Positions 1 to 10,245 of a DNA stretch of 64,000 bases are shown piece by piece; the stretch's first letter is position 1; each line of letters starts with the position of its first letter. The stretch spans positions 33,244 to 97,243 of the forward strand of contig PWJZ01000057.1 of the NCBI GenBank assembly GCA_003559855.1, read 5' to 3'. Source of the stretch: Bacteroidales bacterium (GTDB lineage: Bacteria > Bacteroidota > Bacteroidia > Bacteroidales > UBA7960). Below the pieces are notes generated by a model. The model searched no databases and was not told where the DNA came from. It saw nothing but the letters and a program-made list of their open reading frames with translations. The position numbers were made by a program, and so were the translations under genes.

Positions 1-26
1 ACTGATAAAAAATCTTATAAAACAAC

Positions 27-1406
27 ATGGCAAAAGACAAACCCTCAATACCAAAAGGTACACGTGACTTTTTACCTGTTGAGGTAGCAAGAAGGAATTA
101 CATTTTCAATACTATCCGTAATGTATATCAACTATATGGCTTTAAACCCATTGAAACACCGGCTATGGAGCACCTGGCAACACTGATGGGTAAATATGGC
201 GAAGAAGGCGACAGGCTTATATTCAAAATATTGAACTCCGGTGATTTTCTTTCCGGTTTGCCAGACGATGTGCTTCAATCAAAGCAACCTGCGAAAATAG
301 GTGCCAGGATATGCGAGAAAGCTTTGAGATATGATCTCACAGTACCATTTGCACGCTATGTTGTACAGCATCAGCATAATATCACCTTCCCGTTCAGGCG
401 TTATCAGATTCAGCCCGTCTGGCGTGCCGATAAACCACAAAAAGGAAGGTATCGCGAGTTTTTTCAATGCGATGGCGACATCATAGGCAACGATTCAATG
501 ATTAATGAAGTTGAACTGGTAAATATAATTGATGATGTTTTTTACAGGCTTGGAATTGATGTAATTATTAAGATCAACAACAGGAAGATCCTTGCAGGCA
601 TTGTTGAAAAAACCGGATATGCTGATAAGTTTATTGTGTTTACAACAATCATTGACAAGCTTGAAAAAGCCGGAATTGAAAAAGTCAGTCAAGAACTTGC
701 CAGGGCAGGCATTGGAGGGGATGCTATAGAAACGTTGAAGCCGCTATTGCAAATGCAAGCTGGCAATAATGATAAAATAAATTATTTGCGTGAGCTGCTT
801 AAAGGTGTTGATGTCGGAATGGAAGGTGTTAATGAGGTTGTCGAGGTTCTTGATATGCTTAAGGAAGTAAAGCCTTCTTCAGAAGTCGACCTTGACGTAT
901 CACTTGCCAGGGGTTTGGATTATTATACTTCTACCATTATTGAGGTTAAATCGAAGGATGTCGCTATTGGAAGCGTATGCGGTGGAGGCAGGTATGATGA
1001 CCTGACCGGTGTTTTCGGTATGGAGGGTTTGTCAGGCGTTGGTATATCATTTGGCGCAGAACGTATTTATGATGTTATGCTGGAAAAAGACCTTTTCCCT
1101 GAAAAAATTGAAACATTTACACAGTTGTTGATAGTTAATTTCGGAAAAAAAGAACAGAACTACTGTCTGTCAATAGCCAAAGAATTACGTGGACAGGGAG
1201 TTCAATGCGAAATTTATCCGGAACATGCTAAAATGAAAAAGCAAATGCAATATGCCGATAAAAATAATATCCCTTTTGTTTTGATAGTAGGAGAGGAGGA
1301 GATGAAATCGGGCAGGCTGTCGCTCAAGAATATGAAAACCGGTGAGCAGGTTGTTGTCGGTAAGGAGGAAGTTGGCAGATCTGTTTTGAATTCAAGCGAA
1401 TCATAA
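27..1406 (+). CDS. hisS: histidine--tRNA ligase
   Basis: 459-aa ORF. Class II HisRS signatures are present ([44 protein letters not shown]). The C-terminal part resembles an anticodon-binding domain ([11 protein letters not shown]). Confidence 0.95.
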   Translation: MAKDKPSIPKGTRDFLPVEVARRNYIFNTIRNVYQLYGFKPIETPAMEHLATLMGKYGEEGDRLIFKILNSGDFLSGLPDDVLQSKQPAKIGARICEKALRYDLTVPFARYVVQHQHNITFPFRRYQIQPVWRADKPQKGRYREFFQCDGDIIGNDSMINEVELVNIIDDVFYRLGIDVIIKINNRKILAGIVEKTGYADKFIVFTTIIDKLEKAGIEKVSQELARAGIGGDAIETLKPLLQMQAGNNDKINYLRELLKGVDVGMEGVNEVVEVLDMLKEVKPSSEVDLDVSLARGLDYYTSTIIEVKSKDVAIGSVCGGGRYDDLTGVFGMEGLSGVGISFGAERIYDVMLEKDLFPEKIETFTQLLIVNFGKKEQNYCLSIAKELRGQGVQCEIYPEHAKMKKQMQYADKNNIPFVLIVGEEEMKSGRLSLKNMKTGEQVVVGKEEVGRSVLNSSES

Positions 1407-1535
1407 CAGAAATGCGACATCTATGGTTCCATATAGATGGGACACGCTCAGATTTAACGGATTTATAAGGATAATAAACAGTCGATTACAACTGAATCGG
1501 CGTTCTATAAAAAAAACGAAATAAGATCATAAAAA

Positions 1536-3044
1536 ATGAACACCCATCACATTAGCCCGGCCGATCTGACTTTTGAGTGTATAGAGAAAATTTTCAAAGA
1601 AAAGCGGAAGCTCGAATTGTCGGAAGAATCGATAGAAAGAATAAAGAAGTGCAGGGATTATCTTGACAAAAAAATTGCGGCATCGGGCGATCCCGTTTAT
1701 GGTGTGACAACCGGTTTCGGTTCTTTGTGCAATCATATAATATCGGGTGATGACCTGTCGACATTACAGGAAAACCTGGTGATGTCGCATGCTTGTGGCG
1801 TTGGAGAACCAATCGATACCGGGATAGTAAAGCTTATGCTGTTGCTGAAGGTCCAGTCGCTGGCTTATGGTAATTCCGGTGTGGAGGTGAAAACCGTTGA
1901 GCGGCTGGTTGAAATGTACAATCATGAAGTATTGCCTGTGGTTTACTCGCAGGGATCTCTTGGTGCGTCGGGAGACCTGGCTCCCCTGGCACATCTGAGC
2001 CTGCCGTTGCTTGGCATGGGTGAAGTATGGTATAATGGTAAAAAACTTCCTGCAGCTGATGTCTTGAAAGAGCTTAAGTGGCAACCGATGCAGCTGTCAT
2101 CAAAAGAAGGGCTTGCACTTTTGAATGGCACACAGTTTATGAGCAGCATAGGTGTTTGGTCACTTTTAAAAGCACGTCGGCTGTCGAAGTGGGCTGACAT
2201 AATAGCAGCACTGTCAATAGATGCCTATGACGGACGCATAGAACCATTCCTTGAACAGGTACATATGATACGGTATCATGAAGGTCAAAGCCTCACGGCA
2301 AAAAACATTAGCCGACTGCTGAAAGGAAGCGAGATGATAGGCAGAAAAAAGGCACATGTCCAGGACCCCTATTCATTCAGATGCATACCGCAAGTACATG
2401 GTGCATCTAAAGATACAATCAAACATGTTGAAAATGTGTTCCTGAATGAAATTAACGGTGTGACCGATAATCCTACAATATTTCCTGATGATGATATGAT
2501 AATATCTGCAGGCAATTTTCATGGACAGCCTCTTGCAATGGCATTAGACTTCCTGGGAATAGCATTGGCTGAGCTGGGCAGTATTTCAGAACGCAGAATT
2601 TACAGGCTGGTTTCGGGAACAAGGGAATTACCTTCTTTCCTTGTTGCAAAGCCGGGTTTAAACAGCGGCTTTATGATACCTCAATATACGGCCGCATCTC
2701 TTGTAAGCCAAAATAAACAACTTTGTACCCCGGCTTCAGTCGACTCTATAGAATCTTCACAAGGGCAGGAAGATCATGTAAGCATGGGAGCAAATGCCGC
2801 ACTGAAAACATTACAAATAATAAAAAATACTGAACAAATATTAGCTATCGAATTGTTTAACGGATGCCAGGCAATAGAATTTCGCCGTCCGTTCAAATCT
2901 TCTCCGATAATTGAAAGCCTCATAAAAAATTTCAGAAAAGAAGTTCCTTTCCTGGAAAATGATACCGTGATGTTTACACTGATAAAAAATTCAGTGGAAA
3001 TACTTAGAAAAACAAGCCCCGATTTTTGTTTTTTTGCTATATGA
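1536..3044 (+). CDS. hutH: histidine ammonia-lyase
   Basis: 502-aa ORF. It carries the MIO-forming Ala-Ser-Gly signature GSLGASGDLAPLAHL and the family motif NGTQFM. Confidence 0.95.
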   Translation: MNTHHISPADLTFECIEKIFKEKRKLELSEESIERIKKCRDYLDKKIAASGDPVYGVTTGFGSLCNHIISGDDLSTLQENLVMSHACGVGEPIDTGIVKLMLLLKVQSLAYGNSGVEVKTVERLVEMYNHEVLPVVYSQGSLGASGDLAPLAHLSLPLLGMGEVWYNGKKLPAADVLKELKWQPMQLSSKEGLALLNGTQFMSSIGVWSLLKARRLSKWADIIAALSIDAYDGRIEPFLEQVHMIRYHEGQSLTAKNISRLLKGSEMIGRKKAHVQDPYSFRCIPQVHGASKDTIKHVENVFLNEINGVTDNPTIFPDDDMIISAGNFHGQPLAMALDFLGIALAELGSISERRIYRLVSGTRELPSFLVAKPGLNSGFMIPQYTAASLVSQNKQLCTPASVDSIESSQGQEDHVSMGANAALKTLQIIKNTEQILAIELFNGCQAIEFRRPFKSSPIIESLIKNFRKEVPFLENDTVMFTLIKNSVEILRKTSPDFCFFAI

Positions 3045-3140
3045 AATGATAACAGAAAGATTAAGTTATTAAGAAGTCAATTAAAATTCTGATTATTATT
3101 TCAATAGTTAAATGAAAAAAATAAAAATTGATTTGTTCCC

Positions 3141-3587
3141 ATGTATCAAATAGTAAATCAGAAAACAGTTGATCAAAACAAAACGCCGGCAATTTTAAAG
3201 GTTTCCTGCTTTGTCGGCTACATCTTTGTTGGTATTACTATATTGATGGGATTGCTCTTTATTGTTATTGCCGAATCACCAAATACTTTCAGATTGTTTC
3301 CCGAGATCAATTTTTATGTAAGCCTGGCAAACGGTAAAATCTCTATGAATTTTGCCCTGATAAGTCTGTTTCTGCCGGTAATAGCTTTTTTTGGACTCAT
3401 ACAGATTTGGTATCAGTTAAAAATTGGCTTTTGGCTGTTTACCGTTCCAAAAATATTGCTGATAGCTTTGATTTTTTTCTTAATTGACCTTCCCTTAATT
3501 GATATATGGTATTTTACACAACCCCTTTTGATCATTGCTTTTATTTTGATCATGCTTTTTGGGTTGAACTATAGAAAAATGTATTAA
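3141..3587 (+). CDS. hypothetical small integral membrane protein (about 4 TM helices)
   Basis: 148-aa ORF, the only long ORF in this gap. It has four strongly hydrophobic segments and no recognisable catalytic motif. Confidence 0.55.
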   Translation: MYQIVNQKTVDQNKTPAILKVSCFVGYIFVGITILMGLLFIVIAESPNTFRLFPEINFYVSLANGKISMNFALISLFLPVIAFFGLIQIWYQLKIGFWLFTVPKILLIALIFFLIDLPLIDIWYFTQPLLIIAFILIMLFGLNYRKMY

Positions 3588-3844
3588 TAAATACGCTTAC
3601 CCGTATTGCTTTTCACTATTTTTAATTACCGTTTTTTCTGTTTCTGATAAGTCATTTTTAATTCTTTCACCCTGTTTGTCAATGCGAACTTGCCTGTTTT
3701 ATATACTTTTTTACATTTTTCAAAGCATAAATTGAAAGTTTTTCATAAATTGCACTTTGTTATTATAAGTTTCTGCATGATAAGTTTTGTTTATTAAAAT
3801 ACCTTGCAGAACAGGATATTATCTTTTAATAAACCTAAAGGAAC

Positions 3845-6800
3845 ATGATTGGAATAATAAAATTCTCTGCAATTCTTTTATTTATATCTTGCAATGTGGC
3901 TATGGCCCAGACTTCACATATTATGGGTTTGCGTGATAATACCCCGGAAGTATTTGCTTTTGTGGATGCTCGGATCTTTGTCACTTCAGGCGATATTATT
4001 CATAATGGCACATTGGTGATCCGCGACGGTATAATAGAAGATGTTGGTGAAGAGGTTAAAATACCGGATGATGCTTGGATTTATGATTTGAATGGCAAAA
4101 CCATATATCCGGCTTTTATTGAGTTTTATTCCGATATAGGTTTGCCGCACAAAGCGTATATTGACAAGACTGACATCGGGGCAACGGATCTCCCGCAGGA
4201 ATATAAGGAGTTGCTGTTCAAGTTATTAGCTGCGTCATTTCGAGAGGCTGATCAAAAAGGTGCATTTCACTGGAATCGGCAGGTTCGTTCATGGTATGAT
4301 GCTGCCCGACATTTTGGCTATGATGAGAAAAAAGCTGCTGATATGCGCTCAAAGGGGTTTTCTGCGGCTCACACTATTCCTCCGTTAGGAATTTTCAAGG
4401 GCTTAACGGCAATGGTGTCTTTGGGTAAAGGATCATTAAATGAGCTTATAATAAGGTCGAATGTTGCGCAGGCTTTATCGTTTGAAAAAACAAAAGAGTT
4501 AGGCAACAGATATCCTGCATCTTTGATGGGGACTATTTCACTGATCAGGCAAACTTTTTATGATGCTGAATGGTATCTGGAAGCTCATAATGAATACCAT
4601 GAAAATCCGCATGGATTAAAGAAACCTGAAAAAAATCTCGCACTTGCTTCGCTCATTGAAGCGGCATATGGAAAACAACCCGTTATCTTTTCAGTTGACG
4701 ACGAGATAGCTTTGCTGCGGACCATAAATATTGCTGATGAGTTTGGCTTGAATTTGTGGATTAAAGGAAGCGGAAAAGAATATCGTCGTTTAGACCTGAT
4801 TAAAGATGCCGATTTTCCGCTCATTGTTCCGCTTGATTTTCCACAAAAACCCGATACGGATAATTTTGAAAAAACAATTGAGCTTTCGCTGGAGCAACTC
4901 ATGCATTGGGAGCTTGCCCCGGAAAACCCCGCAAGGATATATCAAAACGGTGCTGCTATGGTGCTTACTTCTGCAGGTACAAAAAACGACAAGGAGTTTC
5001 TGAAAAATCTGCGATTGGCTGTTGAAAAAGGATTGCCTGAATATGCTGCACTTGATGCACTTACAATAAATCCAGCACAGTTGTTACAGATCGACCAAAC
5101 CCACGGAACCCTGGGAAAAGGGAAAAAAGCTGATTTTATCATTGCCTGCGGAAACATTTTTGAATCCGGTACAAAAATTGAAGAAGTGTGGATCGGCGGT
5201 AAAAAGTATCCGGCAGATAAGCCACCCGAATTGACAGCACAGGGTAAATGGCAGCTCATAATCAGCGATACCATTGATTATAAACTTGAACTTAAAGGAA
5301 AGGTCGGCGCATATGAAGGAAAACTGATCAGTGACAGCCATGAAATTGAAATGAAAAATGTAATATTTGATAAACAAAGAATAAATTTTCTGGCTAAAGA
5401 TGTTTTTGATCTGAGGGATGGTATCATACGAATGTCGGCCCAGGTATCGGAAAAGTTTATGTATGGAACAGGAGAGATGCCATCGGGCAAAATATTCAAC
5501 TGGAGGGCTGAAAGAATCGCTGAACCTGATGTTGAGGAAGAATCCGGTGAAGACAAGAAGGATGAAAAGGAAGTTCTCAAAGCACTATCTCCAATCCTTT
5601 ATCCGCCTATGGAATATGGTGTTAGTGAAATACCGGAACAATCAGGTTGTTTGCTTGTTAAAAACGCTACCTTATGGACTCAAAGCCCAAAAGGCATAAT
5701 TGAAAAGGGCGATATGCTTGTCAGGAATGGTAAAATATCTGAGGTTGGTATTGATATTGGGATACCCCCTAATTGTATTGTCATTGATGCTGCGGGCAAG
5801 CACGTAACCCCGGGCCTTATTGACCCGCATTTGCACACCAGTATAGCAGGCGGTGCAAATGAAACAGGTAGTGTTATAACCTCCGAAACCAGGATCCGGG
5901 ATGTGCTTAATCCAAATAATATCTGGATATACAGACTTTTGGCAGGGGGGTTAACGGCAGCAAATATTCTGCATGGCTCTGCTAATCCAATTGGCGGACA
6001 GGATGCTGTGATAAAAATGAGATGGGGTGGGCTGGTCGATGATATGATCTTTCAAGAAGCTAAACCCGGGTTGAAAATTGCTTTGGGTGAAAATGTCAAA
6101 GGTTTGCAAAAGCGCTATCCTGATACTCGTATGGGTACAGAGCAGATCATCAGAGATGCTTTCCAGGCAGCTCTGGATTATCAAACAGAACGTGATGAGA
6201 AGCAGCGCTATGGCTTGCCGCACAGAAAAGACCTCCAACTCGAAGCCCTGCTCGAAGTGCTGGAAGGCAAACGTATAGTGCATGCACATGCTTACCGCCA
6301 TGATGAGATGATAATGCTAATAAGAATTGCCGAAGACTTTGGCTTTAAAATAACATCTTTCGAACATACCGTTGAAGGGTATAAGATTGCCGGTGTGCTT
6401 CGTGAACACGGAGCGGCAGCAATAGTATGGACTGACTGGAGCTCGTTTAAAATGGAAGCATATGATGCTATTATTTATAATGCACGACTGCTCTCCGAGC
6501 AGGGAGTTTTAACATCATTGCACTCGGATAATACACGCCTTGCTACCCGTATGCACTGGGAAGCAGGTAAAATAGCTGGTACAGGAGTAAACGAAATCGA
6601 AGCAATGAATATGGTAACCTTGAATCCGGCTAAAATACTTGGCGTTGACCATGTGGTCGGATCCCTGGAAAAAGGAAAACATGCTGACTTTGTCATATGG
6701 AACGAACATCCGTTAAACGGATTTGCATATGCCGAACAAACATGGGTTGACGGAAGAAAATATTTCGACCGGAAACAGGACAGAAAAACCCTCAGGGAGG

Positions 6801-6850
6801 TGCTGAAACTGAAAAATGATTTAACTGATAAAGTGCAGGAAAGTGATTAA
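3845..6850 (+). CDS. secreted two-module amidohydrolase-family protein (degenerate N-terminal module plus intact C-terminal metallo-hydrolase module)
   Basis: 1001-aa ORF with a signal peptide (MIGIIKFSAILLFISCNVAMAQ). The C-terminal half has the full metal-ligand pattern: LIDPHLHTS (HxH), VHAHAYRH, FEHT, LHSDN. The N-terminal half is amidohydrolase-like, but IEFYSD replaces HxH. Confidence 0.85.
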   Translation: MIGIIKFSAILLFISCNVAMAQTSHIMGLRDNTPEVFAFVDARIFVTSGDIIHNGTLVIRDGIIEDVGEEVKIPDDAWIYDLNGKTIYPAFIEFYSDIGLPHKAYIDKTDIGATDLPQEYKELLFKLLAASFREADQKGAFHWNRQVRSWYDAARHFGYDEKKAADMRSKGFSAAHTIPPLGIFKGLTAMVSLGKGSLNELIIRSNVAQALSFEKTKELGNRYPASLMGTISLIRQTFYDAEWYLEAHNEYHENPHGLKKPEKNLALASLIEAAYGKQPVIFSVDDEIALLRTINIADEFGLNLWIKGSGKEYRRLDLIKDADFPLIVPLDFPQKPDTDNFEKTIELSLEQLMHWELAPENPARIYQNGAAMVLTSAGTKNDKEFLKNLRLAVEKGLPEYAALDALTINPAQLLQIDQTHGTLGKGKKADFIIACGNIFESGTKIEEVWIGGKKYPADKPPELTAQGKWQLIISDTIDYKLELKGKVGAYEGKLISDSHEIEMKNVIFDKQRINFLAKDVFDLRDGIIRMSAQVSEKFMYGTGEMPSGKIFNWRAERIAEPDVEEESGEDKKDEKEVLKALSPILYPPMEYGVSEIPEQSGCLLVKNATLWTQSPKGIIEKGDMLVRNGKISEVGIDIGIPPNCIVIDAAGKHVTPGLIDPHLHTSIAGGANETGSVITSETRIRDVLNPNNIWIYRLLAGGLTAANILHGSANPIGGQDAVIKMRWGGLVDDMIFQEAKPGLKIALGENVKGLQKRYPDTRMGTEQIIRDAFQAALDYQTERDEKQRYGLPHRKDLQLEALLEVLEGKRIVHAHAYRHDEMIMLIRIAEDFGFKITSFEHTVEGYKIAGVLREHGAAAIVWTDWSSFKMEAYDAIIYNARLLSEQGVLTSLHSDNTRLATRMHWEAGKIAGTGVNEIEAMNMVTLNPAKILGVDHVVGSLEKGKHADFVIWNEHPLNGFAYAEQTWVDGRKYFDRKQDRKTLREVLKLKNDLTDKVQESD

Positions 6851-7052
6851 TATAATGAATTTAATTTTATATATGAATCTGTTCTGAAAAACATTTTTTC
6901 AGCCGCTAAGGTTCAAAAAAAATATAAATTTTTTAACGTCACGGAAGCCTGCAAGGCAATACAGCGAGATCGCAATGCATAAATGAACAAATTAAACTTC
7001 ATAAGGTCAATACTTAGTTTAAAAATTTGGCTTTAAATTAAAATATGTTGAT

Positions 7053-8339
7053 ATGCTTAATAAAACTTTTATTTATCCGATATTATTTTCTTTACTGCTT
7101 ATTTCATGCTTATCATCAACGGTGTATGGGCAGATGCCGTCTCCGGTTCAGGAGGAGACGGTGGCATTAATAAATGGTACTGTTTACACGGTTTCGGGAG
7201 GTATAATAAATAACGGCACGGTTGTTTTTAAGGATGGAAAGATCACAGCTGTTGGTACTGATGTTGATATACCTGATGATGCTCGTATTGAGGATGTGGG
7301 CGGCAGATATTTATATCCTGCCATGATCCATTCGGGCACCTATCTTGGGTTGATGGAGATTTTCAGGGTAAGAGAGGCGACTGATGTAAGGGAGCTGGGA
7401 GAAATAAACCCTAATGTAAGGGTTGAAGTTGCTTTTAATGCTGCCAGCCGTCATATTCCATTGGCACGATCACATGGTATTGCGGTGGCTGTCGTAACAC
7501 CTGCAGGCGGCATAATTTCGGGTATGGCTGCAGCAATGCTCACCGATGGCTGGGTATGGGAAGATATGGTCTATCATGCACCGGCAGCTATGGTGATTAA
7601 TTGGCCGTCGATGAGAAACGTTGAAGAAAGGGATAGAGCTATAGGAAAATTGAATGAAGCCTTTTATAAGGCCCGCAGATATCATAAAGCAAAACTGGCT
7701 TCCAGTATGTATTATCATGCTACCGACGTCAGGTGGGAAGCCATGATACCTGTTCTTGAAGGTGACGTCCCGGTTATTATAAATGCTTCCGAATACCGTC
7801 AAATACAATCTGCCATTGAATGGGCAGAAAAAGAGGATCTGCAAATAATATTATCAGGTGTTAATCAGGCCGGTATGGTGATACCTCATTTAAAAGAGAA
7901 GGAGATACCCGTTATCGTAAATTCTGTATTTTCAGGGCCTTCACGCCAGTGGGAGCCTTACGACCAGAGCCTTTCGCTTCCGAAAAAATTGCACGAAGCA
8001 AATATCAGGTTTGCCATTTCCGGAGAAGCATCGGCAGCTAACACCATTAGACTGCCCAATCATGCCGCTGCTGCCGTAGCTTACGGGTTGCCCGAAAATG
8101 AAGCCCTCAAAAGCATCACACTATACCCCGCTCAAATATTTGGAATCGACAATAGAATGGGGTCTATCGAAAAAGGAAAAGATGCTTCGATAATCATTGC
8201 CGACGGAAACCTGCTGCATCTCTCAACACAAATAAAACAAGTGTACATTAAGGGTAGAAAAACCGATATGAAAGACCAACACAGATTGTTTTATGAAATG
8301 TACATGGAAAAATATGAAAAATATGAGAGGATGAAGTAA
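7053..8339 (+). CDS. secreted amidohydrolase-like protein lacking the HxH motif
   Basis: 428-aa ORF with a signal peptide. It is a clear paralog of the N-terminal module of the upstream gene (GTVVFKDGKITAVGTDVDIPDDARIEDVGGRYLYPAMIHSGT versus GTLVIRDGIIEDVGEEVKIPDDAWIYDLNGKTIYPAFIEFYSD). The C-terminal motif GSIEKGKDASIIIADGN is present. Confidence 0.85.
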   Translation: MLNKTFIYPILFSLLLISCLSSTVYGQMPSPVQEETVALINGTVYTVSGGIINNGTVVFKDGKITAVGTDVDIPDDARIEDVGGRYLYPAMIHSGTYLGLMEIFRVREATDVRELGEINPNVRVEVAFNAASRHIPLARSHGIAVAVVTPAGGIISGMAAAMLTDGWVWEDMVYHAPAAMVINWPSMRNVEERDRAIGKLNEAFYKARRYHKAKLASSMYYHATDVRWEAMIPVLEGDVPVIINASEYRQIQSAIEWAEKEDLQIILSGVNQAGMVIPHLKEKEIPVIVNSVFSGPSRQWEPYDQSLSLPKKLHEANIRFAISGEASAANTIRLPNHAAAAVAYGLPENEALKSITLYPAQIFGIDNRMGSIEKGKDASIIIADGNLLHLSTQIKQVYIKGRKTDMKDQHRLFYEMYMEKYEKYERMK

Positions 8340-8378
8340 TTGTCAGATGATGGGCTTGCAAAATATCTTCGGACAAAT

Positions 8379-8401
8379 AAAAAAAATCCGGTTCGCCGGA
8401 C
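8379..8401 (-). terminator. candidate terminator for the beta-helix T9SS gene (convergent gap)
   Basis: On the minus strand, TCCGG-CGAA-CCGGA (5-6 bp stem) is followed by TTTTTTTT. Confidence 0.5.
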
Positions 8402-8409
8402 ATCTTGCA

Positions 8410-10224
8410 TTAATGATTTATAACTTTAAACACCCTTTCATATCCTGTATTTTGTATTTTGATAAAATATATGCCTGGAGGTATCTTTTCGAAATCAAAA
8501 GGAACAGAGAGCCCCGGCGAATCAGAGGTGAGGTTTGTATTATCGATAATTACTCCGTTAGAATTGATCAGGCTTATGGTAAATAGTTCACCGGGAGTAA
8601 AATCATTCATTCTGATTTTCAGAACGGAACTTACCGGATTGGGATATAAAACCGCACAGGTATGCTGTATTGAATTAACGTTATAAGCGGGTGTAAATAT
8701 TGCTGTTACATTAATATCCTGATAAATTTTGATTGCTTTGGGGTTTTCTGTGAATATCCCGGCAGTGGTTTCCCAGTGTTTAAATGTCCAGTCATCGTGA
8801 GGTGTGGCAACGAAGTTGATCAGTGTCCCTTCTTCGACAACATGTTTTCCCTCAGGGGGTTCGGTTGAACCCTTACCTTCTTTATTCATGGCAACTTCAT
8901 AGTAATTAATTGAGTGTTGGTATTCGTAAGCACCCATATCTATTCTTATACCGCTGAAGCGTTCATTCCCGGCAAGATCAAAATAATAGATACCAAGTTC
9001 ATCACTGTCATCGTAGCCGGTATCAATGCATGGGGAATCCGGCTTAAGCGCATAAGGGTGCTCCCCGTCATTCAAAAACATTGGGTCTTCGTCTATATTA
9101 TCTTCATATACAATACCATATCCAACACCGCCCTCAAATGCTTCATAGCCTCCTTCAATATTGCAATTATAGAAATGTGCAACCGAAATGTCCCAGATAA
9201 ATACCTGGTTACCTATAAAGGCACTGTTTTCACGGATTATACAATTATAAAATTTGGGCGAACTTTCGTTATAAAAAAATAATGCTCCGCCATGAGACCA
9301 TGCCGTATTATTTAAAATGGTATTATTGGCAATAACCGGAGATGCATTTAAAAAAGCAATTCCCCCTCCGGCAAGTGTAGATTCATTGTTTATTATTAGA
9401 TTGTTGGATATAGGATTTATTCCCGTCGAGCTTAAAATGCTCATACCTCCACCAACAGGTGCAGCATTGTCATAAATTACATTATTGAAAATATCAGGGT
9501 CTGATGCAACAACGGCAATAGCGCCACCAAAGGCAGAAGCATCTCCCGTATTACCGGCATAATTTTTTTCAAAATATGACCAGGAAATTTCTGCATTGCT
9601 TGCAAGAATGTATATGGCACCCCCATAAGAAATGATTTCAGGGTATCGACTGAAAGCCGTATTTTTACGAAACTCAGAATTTTTAATAACCGGGCTGGCG
9701 CCATTGGCATACACCGCGCCACCATTGACATAAGCGTAATTATGTTGAAAAAGAGAATTTTTTATTAAAACATTTTTATCACCCTCAATGCTTATAGCCC
9801 CGCCATTTTTGAAATCCAAAGCTGAAGCTTTGGAATATTCAAAAATACAATGCTTCAGTATGGAGGTGTTTTTCCCTGCGCCCTTATTGTCTGTATGGAA
9901 AAATCTTATACCATTCCAGCCACCTTCCTGGGTGTATGTGTTGTATAAACCCAGAGTGTCTTTTGTGGTAAACAGAATGGGCTGTTCTTCCGATCCTTCG
10001 GCCATTATTGTGCCTTCAACCGAAATATGATAATATCCATGGAACATCACTACTTTTCCGGCATGTAAATGTAAGGTGTCATCTAAAGGTACGTGGAGGT
10101 TTTCATAGATATGCAATGTGTCATTATTTTTAAAGGCAAATGCCGGTAAAGATGAAAAATAAAAACAGACTAAGATAGCCAGGCCGTGAAATATGGCTGA
10201 AAAAAACTTTTGCTTTGGTTTCAT
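8410..10224 (-). CDS. secreted right-handed beta-helix (PbH1 repeat) protein with T9SS C-terminal sorting domain
   Basis: The ORF track opens at a TTG (10248). I prefer the ATG at 10224, which gives MKPKQKFFSAIFHGLAILVCFYFSSLPAFA, a signal peptide. The body has repeated N..F..N.A..GGA beta-helix units. The C-terminus is Por-secretion-tail-like (VLYPNPVSSVLKI...GIYFIKIQ...FKVINH). Confidence 0.85.
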   Translation of the reverse strand: MKPKQKFFSAIFHGLAILVCFYFSSLPAFAFKNNDTLHIYENLHVPLDDTLHLHAGKVVMFHGYYHISVEGTIMAEGSEEQPILFTTKDTLGLYNTYTQEGGWNGIRFFHTDNKGAGKNTSILKHCIFEYSKASALDFKNGGAISIEGDKNVLIKNSLFQHNYAYVNGGAVYANGASPVIKNSEFRKNTAFSRYPEIISYGGAIYILASNAEISWSYFEKNYAGNTGDASAFGGAIAVVASDPDIFNNVIYDNAAPVGGGMSILSSTGINPISNNLIINNESTLAGGGIAFLNASPVIANNTILNNTAWSHGGALFFYNESSPKFYNCIIRENSAFIGNQVFIWDISVAHFYNCNIEGGYEAFEGGVGYGIVYEDNIDEDPMFLNDGEHPYALKPDSPCIDTGYDDSDELGIYYFDLAGNERFSGIRIDMGAYEYQHSINYYEVAMNKEGKGSTEPPEGKHVVEEGTLINFVATPHDDWTFKHWETTAGIFTENPKAIKIYQDINVTAIFTPAYNVNSIQHTCAVLYPNPVSSVLKIRMNDFTPGELFTISLINSNGVIIDNTNLTSDSPGLSVPFDFEKIPPGIYFIKIQNTGYERVFKVINH

Positions 10225-10245
10225 TAATAAGATTTTAAATGCCTG

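Noticed and set aside
27-3044. hisS-hutH adjacency as a histidine-sensing regulatory unit (attenuator or T-box in the 129-bp gap).
   Set aside because: Only one modest hairpin is present (CATCTAT...ATAGATG, about 1421-1446) with no T-run. There is no T-box-like specifier or antiterminator features and no His-codon leader peptide. The adjacency may be coincidental.
6884-6902. CTGAAAAA-CAT-TTTTTCAG palindrome after the large amidohydrolase gene as a terminator.
   Set aside because: The stem is almost entirely A-T, with no separate T-tract. That is too weak to call. The next gene is co-oriented and probably co-transcribed.
3845-8339. The amidohydrolases as the missing hutI (imidazolonepropionase) of the hutH/hutU pathway.
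   Set aside because: Both are signal-peptide proteins. The sizes (1001 and 428 aa) and the loss of the HxH motif in two of three modules do not fit cytoplasmic HutI. hutH and hutU are themselves 20 kb apart, so there is no hut operon here.
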